64,000 nt of DNA from a virus. The notes under the pieces were generated by a model. The model searched no databases and was not told the DNA's origin. It was given only the letters and a program-made list of their open reading frames with translations. The translations under genes were made by a program, and so were the position numbers. This document shows positions 1 through 8,863 of this stretch, piece after piece. Location: the IMG/VR virus record IMGVR_UViG_3300046170_000524. One strand, 5' to 3'. Position 1 is the first letter of the stretch, and every line of letters starts with the position of its first letter.

Positions 1-713
1 CACTGGTTATTACCAAAAAAACACTGGCAACCATTACGGAAAAGTAAGAATAAACTCTACTTACGACAGTAGCTCAAATGCTGCTAGTTTAAAATTTTAC
101 ACTGCTACTGGGTGGTGCTAATTCAAGTAGATATGTTTTCGGGGTTGGATTCTGATGGCACAGCAAAATGGTGTATATGATTTAGAGGTTAGTGGTAATG
201 TAACAAAGAGTTCTGGAAATTTTAAGATTGATCATCCATTACCTGAGAAATCAGAAACTCATCACTTAGTTCATTCTTTTATTGAAGGCCCACAAGCTGA
301 CAATATCTATCGAGGTAAGGTTGAATTGGTAGCAGGTAAAGCTGAAGTAAATATTGATGCAGTATCTGGAATGACTGAAGGAACTTTTGTTGCACTCAAT
401 CGTGACATCCAAGTGTTTACATCTAATGAAAGTGACTGGGATGCCGTGCGCGGAAAAGTGGAAGGCAATAAAGTAATTATTGAATGCCAAAACACTGAGT
501 CTACCGCAACTGTCTCATGGTTAGTAATAGGTGAGAGGACAGGATGAGCATATGCTTAAGTCTAAGACTACAGATGAGAATGGTAAGCTTATTGTCGAGC
601 CACTTAAACCTGAGTCTGAGCCTGTGTACGAGGAGATAGAACCTGAAGAAGTAATTACAGAAGAACCAGTAACAGAGGAAGCGTCTGTCTCAATAGGAGA
701 AAGTAGTCTCTGA
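1..713 (+). CDS. Tail fibre protein, C-terminal part (5' truncated by window edge), with chaperone-like domain and acidic tail; ORFs 155..547 and 531..713 merged
   Basis: Motif FKIDHPL...HSFIEGPQADNIYRGKV...SGMTEGTF...WLVIGER(Q)DEHM...TDENGKLIVEP is typical of marine phage fibre C-termini. The frame is restored by removing one base each at ggg 110-112, gggg 141-144, aaaa 165-168 and gg 537-538. Confidence 0.7.
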
Positions 714-757
714 TTGAAACCCCTTGAGCAATAATTTATTAAATTAAAAAAAATAAT

Positions 758-3400
758 ATGAAAGATTTTACAGCAACAAACGCAGAATTTGAAAGTATAG
801 ATATATCTGAAAAGTTTCAGGTTAGTGAAAGTGGGGCGATTGGTGGTGTTATTCCTAGTGGGGTAAATGATATTATTAAGTGGGATGGAAGTCAATGGAT
901 CGCAGGAATTAATCCCGGAGGAAACGGTGGAGGCGGAGGAGGCGGAGGAGGATCTGGTGTTGCAGATCCATTTACAACCAATTTAATTAGCGGCCAATCT
1001 CTGCAAAATATTTCATTTAATCAAACATTAGATTCTGCGCCAAGTATTGCTACTGATTTAGAAATAGATGGAGATGGATCTATTATTCCATATACAATAT
1101 CTGGATTAAGTACTACTGGTTATACAGCTATATTTGCAGAAGAAATTCCAAATAATAATTATAAAATACATACGGTTTTTGGAGGGGGATCTTCGAGCGG
1201 AGGTGGCGAATTATCTGGAGAAGAATTAAGAGCAATAAATAAAACTATTGTTGATAGTCCAGTGGATGTTTTTGTGTATGATACCAGTCGTGACAGTGAT
1301 GGTGGCGCTTGGAGAAAGCGTACACAGAATACCAGTTGGTATAATGAGGAGTTGAATACCGCGACTAGGGGTGCTCGCCGCGAATTTCCCGCGGTTGCAG
1401 TGATTGTAGCTGAAGCTGATAAAGTAACCATTTATGATGGCGATGATCCAGATTTAAGTATGTGGATGGTGTTTGATATTGGGTCCGGAAAGATGATTTG
1501 GGCAACTCTACTTAGTTGTGTAAACTCATTAAATGCTAAGTTATCAATGGGTTCTCCAGGTTCTGGTTTTAGATATATTGATTTTATTTCAGATACAATG
1601 AGAGAATGGAGAACAGCTGGAGAGCGAGGGGTATCTGGTAATATATCTGAACGAAACGCTGGAGATTTAGCTCGCATAACTGGTTCTGCGGAAAATACTA
1701 TAGTAAATCAAACAATAAACGACGTCGCCATGACCGTACTACCAAATGCACCAATTGATGAAAATACTGGTTTACCGGTGCCCACAATTGCTGTGGCCAC
1801 CGATGGTGGTGTGAGTGTAATAAAGGATGATGGAACGGTGGTCAATTCCGATGAAACCAACAAGGTTCGAACAGTACATTTTAATAAAAATGAATTATTG
1901 ATTTCAACACTTGTTGATTTTGATAATGTTAGAATATATAGTTTTTCTAGTTCTATTGATAAACTTTATGAATATTGGGCTGGTAGTTCAGATGGATTTT
2001 GGCATTTGGCTAATGCTCACAACTCAACTTACAGTTCAATTTTTACAGAAAATACTTCTGCGAATATATTGGGTTTAACTAAATTTGATTTAGAGAAAAA
2101 CAAAAATGATAGTAGCATGTGCTATATAACAAGCAAATACAACACCGGTTGGATGCCTGGCGACATCAAACTTGCTGCATTGAGTGACACAACAGTGGAA
2201 ACAATTGGAACAGATAGTAGTGAATTGGTAACGAATGGCGATTTTTCAACAGATAGTGATTGGACGAAGGGAACTGGATGGTCAATTGTTGGTGGGATTG
2301 CTTCAAAGGTAAGCTCCGCAGACTCATCTAACCTTACTCAAGAGATTCATTGTTTGATTGGTCAAACATACGTGGTTAGTTGGGATATAACTAGCAGAGA
2401 TTCAAGTGTAGTAGGATTTTATACCCAAAGCGGCGGTAGTATAACTGCAGTTCAGAATTATTATGAATCAGTCGGCAGTTACAGCGAAACATTTACTGCT
2501 ACTTCAGAGTCTGTAACCATAGCTTTACGAGCTGGTAGCACTGCATTTTTATCAGTCGACAACATCAGTGTTCGTCCCGCTGAGGCAGATCGCAGTGTCA
2601 ACAATAAAGGATTACAAATTGTTGGTGAAATCAATAAAACACCCGTTGCAAGCGGCGCGGATCTTGTGGCATACAGTGGATTCAGTGGGAACAATTATTT
2701 GATGCAATCATATAATGCAGATTTGGATTTTGGTACAGGGGATTTTTATGTGATGGCATGGATTAAAGATTTTGCAATTAACGGCGACTATCAAAGAATT
2801 TTTGGTAGAGGTATTGATGGAAGTACTGGCTTTGAATGGGATTTATATTTTCATATATCAAGCCCGGAGCTTAGGCTTAGAACTTATTCTAATGGTGTTA
2901 GTAATGGAGATGTTTACTTAGATTATATAAGTAATATGAGTGTTGGTTCATGGAATCAAATTGTTTTACTAAGAAAGAGTGGAATGTTAAGCATGTATAT
3001 AAATGGAGTAAAAACAGAATATGGCGATCAAGCCTTTGATTATAATATGAGCAATCCTGGTGCTAGTTTGTATATAGGAAATAGATTTACGCCAAGCGAC
3101 AGCAATTCTTTTAATGGATCTATTGCACTAGCAAGAATCTCCAAGACCGCTCCAACACCCGAACAAATCGCCAGGATCTATCGCGATGAAAAAGTATTAT
3201 TTCAGGAAGGCGCGCAATCCACATTATATGGCACAAGCGATGCCGTGACTGCACTTGCATACGATGACAGCGAGCAACTACTACATGTTGGCACAGCCAG
3301 TGGTCGCAGTGATTTCCGCGGACTTGCTCGTGTAAACAATACAACCACCGCAATTTCAAACAGCATCAGCACAGCTGAAGGCACAATCATTCAAAACTAA
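758..3400 (+). CDS. Tail fibre/adhesin paralog A: N-terminal lectin-like module, poly-Gly linker, beta-propeller-like region, 1 CBM-like domain, LamG/ConA-like domain
   Basis: 880-aa ORF. ELVTNGDFS...DNISVR (CBM4/9-like); LDFGTGDFYVMAWIK...MYINGV...LYIGNR...FNGSIAL (LamG-like). Collinear with 3402..6290 and 8864..11659. Confidence 0.75.
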   Translation: MKDFTATNAEFESIDISEKFQVSESGAIGGVIPSGVNDIIKWDGSQWIAGINPGGNGGGGGGGGGSGVADPFTTNLISGQSLQNISFNQTLDSAPSIATDLEIDGDGSIIPYTISGLSTTGYTAIFAEEIPNNNYKIHTVFGGGSSSGGGELSGEELRAINKTIVDSPVDVFVYDTSRDSDGGAWRKRTQNTSWYNEELNTATRGARREFPAVAVIVAEADKVTIYDGDDPDLSMWMVFDIGSGKMIWATLLSCVNSLNAKLSMGSPGSGFRYIDFISDTMREWRTAGERGVSGNISERNAGDLARITGSAENTIVNQTINDVAMTVLPNAPIDENTGLPVPTIAVATDGGVSVIKDDGTVVNSDETNKVRTVHFNKNELLISTLVDFDNVRIYSFSSSIDKLYEYWAGSSDGFWHLANAHNSTYSSIFTENTSANILGLTKFDLEKNKNDSSMCYITSKYNTGWMPGDIKLAALSDTTVETIGTDSSELVTNGDFSTDSDWTKGTGWSIVGGIASKVSSADSSNLTQEIHCLIGQTYVVSWDITSRDSSVVGFYTQSGGSITAVQNYYESVGSYSETFTATSESVTIALRAGSTAFLSVDNISVRPAEADRSVNNKGLQIVGEINKTPVASGADLVAYSGFSGNNYLMQSYNADLDFGTGDFYVMAWIKDFAINGDYQRIFGRGIDGSTGFEWDLYFHISSPELRLRTYSNGVSNGDVYLDYISNMSVGSWNQIVLLRKSGMLSMYINGVKTEYGDQAFDYNMSNPGASLYIGNRFTPSDSNSFNGSIALARISKTAPTPEQIARIYRDEKVLFQEGAQSTLYGTSDAVTALAYDDSEQLLHVGTASGRSDFRGLARVNNTTTAISNSISTAEGTIIQN
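1262..1414 (+). repeat. Conserved block 1 of fibre paralogs (copies at 3612-3764 and 9080-9232)
   Basis: 153-nt block encoding VDVFVYDTSRDSDGG...ARREFPAVAVIVAE; about 6 mismatches between the B and C copies by eye. Confidence 0.9.
1716..1833 (+). repeat. Conserved block 2 of fibre paralogs (copy at 9558-9675; shorter, diverged copy near 4113-4193)
   Basis: 118 nt with a single mismatch between A and C. Confidence 0.9.
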
Positions 3401-3401
3401 T

Positions 3402-6290
3402 ATGAGCGAAGTACAAAAAAAACAAACAAATCTACGCGAAAAACTCGCCGAGCTTCTGGATTTTAGAAAGATGCGCGACCGCTTGAGTGGTCTGGGCTTG
3501 TATATTGGAAAGGATCGTACAAACACCGATGAAAATTTATTGGTTCGCGGTGGTGCCAATGTGGATGATCTACAGCTTGCTGAAATTTCTGCGGCCGTGG
3601 GTGGCACAGCAGTGGATGTGTTTGTGTATGATACTAGCCGTGATAGTGATGGTGGAAAGTGGCGCGAGCGTACACAGAATACCAGTTGGTATAATGAAGA
3701 ATTGAATACCGCGACTCGTGGTGCTCGCCGCGAATTTCCAGCAGTAGCAGTGATTGTGGCGGAAAGTGGAAATGTAAAAAAACTCAAGATATATGACGGT
3801 GACGATCCAGATCTACCTTTATGGATGTCTTTTGAGGCTAGTGGACTTGGTTCTGCTTTAGGTAGATCTTCAAACGCTATTTTTGGTATTAGCTCTGTTT
3901 GCGTGTTGAACGGACTGTTGTGCGTGACCGGTTTAGGTTCAGGCGGCAATATTGAAACTCTTTGTCAGATTTCTTTTATTGATGATGTATTTTGGCAATG
4001 GCATAAATATGGCTTTGGTGATGCAGGTATTAGCGAAAGAAATGAAGCTCATTCAGTAAGTACTCAAGAGTATCGAGGTAGGATAAATGAACCAATAAAT
4101 GTTGGCGGTTATAACGACGTCGCCATGACCGTACTACCAAACGCACCTGTTGATCCAGCGACCGGTTTGCCGACTCCCACAATTGCTGTGGCGTGCGGAG
4201 ATGGATCGAGCTCGGGGTTTTCAATTATTAATCATGATGGCACAGTAGCAAACAAATCGTATATAGAAAGTGCAAAAAGTCAAAGTGTATCATTTACTTC
4301 TGATAACAGATTGGTTGTTTCTCAAAAAAGAAATAGTAATGGTGATATTTGGGTGGCTATATACGACAATTTAACGACCAGCACAAGCACAACTGGTGTT
4401 ATTGTTCATGATCCAAACATATCTGTCAAGTATAATGATATTAATTATTTGAATTTACCCAATATTTTAAGTAGAACCACTGGTACTATTGGTGATAAAT
4501 ATATAATGTCTGAGAATGGACTAACTTTGATTGATGAAGGGGAGACTTATGTGGATGATGATGGTGCAAAAATTTACGGTATGGCTGCATACGCCACCTC
4601 CAAATACAACACCGGTTGGATGCCCGGTGACATCAAGCTTGCTGCATTGAGTGATAGTGTTGTGGAGAATGTGGGGGTGGATGAAAGTGAATTAGTTCCC
4701 AATGGAACTTTCGATTTAAATACAAATAACTGGAGCTCTACTAACTCAACCACATTGAGTGTCGATAATCAAAGATTAAAACTTCAAGGCATGGGAAGCT
4801 CTTATCCCACCGCATATACTTCGGTAAATGTTGTTGAAGGTATTGAGTACGAAGTTTCTGCGGAATATATCAGTAACTCTAACTCTTTTAGCGGAAGAAT
4901 TCGAGTTAGTTCATCTAGTCCATTGGGTGGAGATATAGTTAATGGAACTATTAAAAGTGCAGGAACTACTCACGTTAATAGGTTTACTGCACCATCTACA
5001 GGAAGCGTTTATATTGCATTAATGCTTCAGGACTCAGGTGGTAATAGTTCAGGAATATGGGATAATGTTTCTGTAAAGAGGAGCGGCGAACTAATAACAA
5101 ATGGCGATTTTTCAAATGGAACAACTGGGTGGAGTGGTTTATCTGGAGGTGTTTTATCCATAGACAATGAGCGATTAAAAATAGAAGAAACAACCAACGC
5201 TGTAGATGCTTATGCTGTTAATTCTAGCGTTATTCCAACTGTAGTTGGCAAAAAATATATAATAACATGGCAATTTATAAAAGGCACCAATACGGGATTT
5301 TCGGTGCGTTTTGGTAATGGCGGCGATCAGACTTCTGATTACAAGTCTAACACTGTCGGGGAGTATACTGATGATGGATATTATTCATTTGAATTTACCG
5401 CAACAGCAACTGAGCTCAATTTATCTTTTATTGTAAACGAGGCGAGCACTTACGGTTTTGTAGACAACGTCAGTGTTCGTCCCGTCGAAGCGGATCGTAG
5501 TGTTAACGACAATGGTTTGCAAATTTTTGGCGAAATAAACAAAACACCCGTTGCACCCGGCGCGGATCTTGTGGCATACAGTGGATTTAGTGAGAACAAT
5601 TATTTGGTTCAGCCATATAATGCGGATTTGGATTTCACTGACACAATGTCTATAATGCTTTGGGTCAAAGGTGTTACAGGTAATTTTAATCCGATCGATA
5701 GAGGAACAAGAGGTGTTGATCATTCATATGGCTTGTATTTAAAGGATGCAGGTGGTGATATAAGATTTTATTATAGTGTTGATGGAACAACCGATCTTCG
5801 GGTTGAAATTGCAGATGGCGCTTCGTTGATACAATCGGGTTGGCACCATGTAGCTGTTTGTACATCGGAAGGAAAAATTAAAATGTATGTCGATGGAAAA
5901 TTATTAAAAACCGCCGATCAGGTGGGCAATTTTTACTCACAATCAATCAATCAAAATGGACTTAGGGTTGGGAGAGGATCTATTAATTCTGCTAGTTGGG
6001 AAGATCACCTATTAGCTGCACTTCGCATTTCTGCCACTGCTCCAACCGCCGAACAAATCGCCAAAATCTACCGCGATGAAAAACCATTATTTCAACAAGG
6101 CGCGCAGGCCACACTATATGGCACAAGCGATGCCGTGACTGCACTTGCATACGATCAAAAAACCGAACTTCTACATGTTGGTACAAGTGCTGGTCGCAGC
6201 GACTTTTCTGGATTATCTAGAGTTCACCAAACAAATTCTCCAGTAACTACTTGTATTGACGCCGAAGACGGATTAATCGCAGAAAATTAA
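3402..6290 (+). CDS. Tail fibre/adhesin paralog B: beta-propeller-like region, 2 CBM-like domains, LamG-like domain
   Basis: 962-aa ORF with the same conserved blocks as paralogs A and C; N-terminus KQTNLREKL is shared with the S74 fibre genes. Confidence 0.75.
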   Translation: MSEVQKKQTNLREKLAELLDFRKMRDRLSGLGLYIGKDRTNTDENLLVRGGANVDDLQLAEISAAVGGTAVDVFVYDTSRDSDGGKWRERTQNTSWYNEELNTATRGARREFPAVAVIVAESGNVKKLKIYDGDDPDLPLWMSFEASGLGSALGRSSNAIFGISSVCVLNGLLCVTGLGSGGNIETLCQISFIDDVFWQWHKYGFGDAGISERNEAHSVSTQEYRGRINEPINVGGYNDVAMTVLPNAPVDPATGLPTPTIAVACGDGSSSGFSIINHDGTVANKSYIESAKSQSVSFTSDNRLVVSQKRNSNGDIWVAIYDNLTTSTSTTGVIVHDPNISVKYNDINYLNLPNILSRTTGTIGDKYIMSENGLTLIDEGETYVDDDGAKIYGMAAYATSKYNTGWMPGDIKLAALSDSVVENVGVDESELVPNGTFDLNTNNWSSTNSTTLSVDNQRLKLQGMGSSYPTAYTSVNVVEGIEYEVSAEYISNSNSFSGRIRVSSSSPLGGDIVNGTIKSAGTTHVNRFTAPSTGSVYIALMLQDSGGNSSGIWDNVSVKRSGELITNGDFSNGTTGWSGLSGGVLSIDNERLKIEETTNAVDAYAVNSSVIPTVVGKKYIITWQFIKGTNTGFSVRFGNGGDQTSDYKSNTVGEYTDDGYYSFEFTATATELNLSFIVNEASTYGFVDNVSVRPVEADRSVNDNGLQIFGEINKTPVAPGADLVAYSGFSENNYLVQPYNADLDFTDTMSIMLWVKGVTGNFNPIDRGTRGVDHSYGLYLKDAGGDIRFYYSVDGTTDLRVEIADGASLIQSGWHHVAVCTSEGKIKMYVDGKLLKTADQVGNFYSQSINQNGLRVGRGSINSASWEDHLLAALRISATAPTAEQIAKIYRDEKPLFQQGAQATLYGTSDAVTALAYDQKTELLHVGTSAGRSDFSGLSRVHQTNSPVTTCIDAEDGLIAEN

Positions 6291-6294
6291 TAAT

Positions 6295-8862
6295 ATGAAG
6301 ATTACAAAACAAAAAATAAATCTCCGCGAAAAACTAAAAATTTTAGACAATAAGGTAAACTTTGAAGAGGTTGTTCGCGGCCTTGGAGAATACGATGGGA
6401 ATGTAGGTATTGGTACTCCAAATCCTAGTAGGAAATTACAAGTTCATACAGATACTAATGAGGCACAGACTATTGCTTGCACTTCTACTTTGTCTGGGAT
6501 TGATGTTCAACATGCATCTATTGGTCATGGCACAAATAAAGATGGTAACCTTCAATTGGGTAATAGTTTTGGCAATTTAAAGGTTTATTTAAAATCTAAT
6601 GGCGATTCATATCTTAACGGAGGCAACGTAGGTATTGGTACTACGAATCCTTTTGCAAAACTACATTTACGAGGTAGCAAAACAGTTGCTTCGGCTGATG
6701 TTGAGGATCAATTAATTTTTCATAGAGGTTTTAACTCAGGGGTTCAAGACACACGCTTTGGTGCGTTAAGTTTTGGTACTAGTGGAAACCTAGGTCATGC
6801 TGGAAGGCTTGATTTTAAGCTTTCATCTCCATACGCAACTCCTGGAAGCACTCCTACGAATTTAGGAGATGTAACCACAGTAATGACTTTAGATGGAAGC
6901 GGCAACGTAGGTATTGGTACTACGGATCCTAGTGCTGAGCTTCATGTAAATAACGACTCAACTTCATCGACGATTAGGCTAACATCATCCTCAACTGAAA
7001 CCAATACAGATGGTGCATTTTTAAGGCTGGATAGCTCTGGAGACTTTATATTAAACAATAAAGACAGCGGAGTAACTAAATTTCAAGAGCAAGGCAGTGA
7101 TGTAATGATTATCGACTCCAACGGCAACGTAGGTATTGGTACTACGAGTCCTGATGGAAAGCTAGAAGTAAACTCTGATGATTTTGATACGCTTTACCTG
7201 AATAGAAATAGCAATACGGGTTCTGCTACAATAATTTTGAAGAATAATGGAGATTCAGGTGGTGCTGTGCAGTCAAAACATGGTGGCGGTTTAGGGTTTT
7301 TTAACCGAAACAACTCAGAAGCTCTTACTCCGACGATGGACATCGACCCCGACGGCAACGTAGGTATTGGTACTACGAATCCTGGTTCTTATAAATTGAA
7401 TGTAAATGGAACAGCTCGCGTTGTGCATTCTGTCAATCAGTCTCAAGAAGTTACTTCTGACGACCGTGTCAAACACAACGAACAACCAATCGTTGGCGCA
7501 CTTGAAACACTCGGCAAGATAACTCCCAAAAAGTACATCAAAACAACCGAAATGTACGATGCAAATCACGATTTCGAACTTGATGCCGACGGCAATCCAA
7601 TTGATGCAAATGGTGAACCAGTTGAGCATCGCATTGAAGCAGGTGTGATCGCGCAACAAGTATTGACTGTGGATGAATTGGCATTTGCGGTCAGCCCAGA
7701 AGATATAGACGAAGATGGAGTTGTAACAAGCCCACACGGACTCGATTACAATAGTTTATTCACTTATGCAATCGCCGCAATTCAGGAATTAAAGTCCGAA
7801 ATTGATTCTCTAAAGTCTCAGCTTAATCCTGATAATTCAAGCCCCACACAAGAGCCAGTTTCAGACGAAACCTCAACTGAAGAAGTTGTCGATCAACCTA
7901 TAGTAGACGAAACCTCAACTGAAGAAGTTGTCGATCAACCTATAGTAGACGAAACCTCAACTGAAGAAGTTGTCGATCAACCTATAGTAGACGAAACCTC
8001 AACTGAAGAAGTTGTCGATCAACCTATAGTAGACGAAACCTCAACTGAAGAAGTTGTCGATCAACCTATAGTAGACGAAACCTCAACTGAAGAAGTTGTC
8101 GATCAACCTATAGTAGACGAAACCTCAACTGAAGAAGTTGTCGATCAACCTATAGTAGACGAAACCTCAACTGAAGAAGTTGTCGATCAACCTATAGTAG
8201 ACGAAACCTCAACTGAAGAAGTTGTCGATCAACCTATAGTAGACGAAACCTCAACTGAAGAAGTTGTCGATCAACCTATAGTAGACGAAACCTCAACTGA
8301 AGAAGTTGTCGATCAACCTATAGTAGACGAAACCTCAACTGAAGAAGTTGTCGATCAACCTATAGTAGACGAAACCTCAACTGAAGAAGTTGTCGATCAA
8401 CCTATAGTAGACGAAACCTCAACTGAAGAAGTTGTCGATCAACCTATAGTAGACGAAACCTCAACTGAAGAAGTTGTCGATCAACCTATAGTAGACGAAA
8501 CCTCAACTGAAGAAGTTGTCGATCAACCTATAGTAGACGAAACCTCAACTGAAGAAGTTGTCGATCAACCTATAGTAGACGAAACCTCAACTGAAGAAGT
8601 TGTCGATCAACCTATAGTAGACGAAACCTCAACTGAAGAAGTTGTCGATCAACCTATAGTAGACGAAACCTCAACTGAAGAAGTTGTCGATCAACCTATA
8701 GTAGACGAAACCTCAACTGAAGAAGTTGTCGATCAACCTATAGTAGACGAAACCTCAACTGAAGAAGTTGTCGATCAACCTATAGTAGACGAAACCTCAA
8801 CTGAAGAAGTTGTCGATCAACCTATAGTAGACGAAAACCCAGAAGAAACAAACAACAATTAA
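6295..8862 (+). CDS. Tail fibre protein D with 5 GNVGIGT modules, peptidase S74 intramolecular chaperone and 23x acidic repeat tail
   Basis: GNVGIGT repeats; TSDDRVKHNE...EAGVIAQQV...LDYNSLFTYAIAAIQEL (S74 signature) from about 7456; then (DETSTEEVVDQPIV)n. Confidence 0.85.
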   Translation: MKITKQKINLREKLKILDNKVNFEEVVRGLGEYDGNVGIGTPNPSRKLQVHTDTNEAQTIACTSTLSGIDVQHASIGHGTNKDGNLQLGNSFGNLKVYLKSNGDSYLNGGNVGIGTTNPFAKLHLRGSKTVASADVEDQLIFHRGFNSGVQDTRFGALSFGTSGNLGHAGRLDFKLSSPYATPGSTPTNLGDVTTVMTLDGSGNVGIGTTDPSAELHVNNDSTSSTIRLTSSSTETNTDGAFLRLDSSGDFILNNKDSGVTKFQEQGSDVMIIDSNGNVGIGTTSPDGKLEVNSDDFDTLYLNRNSNTGSATIILKNNGDSGGAVQSKHGGGLGFFNRNNSEALTPTMDIDPDGNVGIGTTNPGSYKLNVNGTARVVHSVNQSQEVTSDDRVKHNEQPIVGALETLGKITPKKYIKTTEMYDANHDFELDADGNPIDANGEPVEHRIEAGVIAQQVLTVDELAFAVSPEDIDEDGVVTSPHGLDYNSLFTYAIAAIQELKSEIDSLKSQLNPDNSSPTQEPVSDETSTEEVVDQPIVDETSTEEVVDQPIVDETSTEEVVDQPIVDETSTEEVVDQPIVDETSTEEVVDQPIVDETSTEEVVDQPIVDETSTEEVVDQPIVDETSTEEVVDQPIVDETSTEEVVDQPIVDETSTEEVVDQPIVDETSTEEVVDQPIVDETSTEEVVDQPIVDETSTEEVVDQPIVDETSTEEVVDQPIVDETSTEEVVDQPIVDETSTEEVVDQPIVDETSTEEVVDQPIVDETSTEEVVDQPIVDETSTEEVVDQPIVDETSTEEVVDQPIVDETSTEEVVDQPIVDETSTEEVVDQPIVDETSTEEVVDQPIVDENPEETNNN
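6622..7377 (+). repeat. Dispersed 24-nt direct repeat ggcaacgtaggtattggtactacg
   Basis: Exact copies at 6622, 6901, 7123, 7354 and 12274; variants at 6397, 11764 and 11989. Confidence 0.9.
7864..8829 (+). repeat. Perfect 42-nt tandem repeat x23 (gacgaaacctcaactgaagaagttgtcgatcaacctatagta)
   Basis: 966 nt = 23 x 42, no visible substitutions, in frame, encodes DETSTEEVVDQPIV. Confidence 0.95.
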
Positions 8863-8863
8863 A

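Noticed and set aside
916-960. Poly-Gly run as a T4 gp38-type glycine-rich adhesin loop
   Set aside because: A single short run between two domains; best read as a flexible linker.
3356-3949. Antisense ORFs repeated opposite the fibre genes (also 1159..1431, 8998..9240, 11625..12185)
   Set aside because: They are shadows of the conserved, stop-poor blocks on the coding strand; no independent start signals or recognisable motifs.
7864-8829. Regular repeat array as a CRISPR
   Set aside because: The 42-nt units are contiguous with no unique spacers, are in frame inside a CDS, and no cas genes are present.
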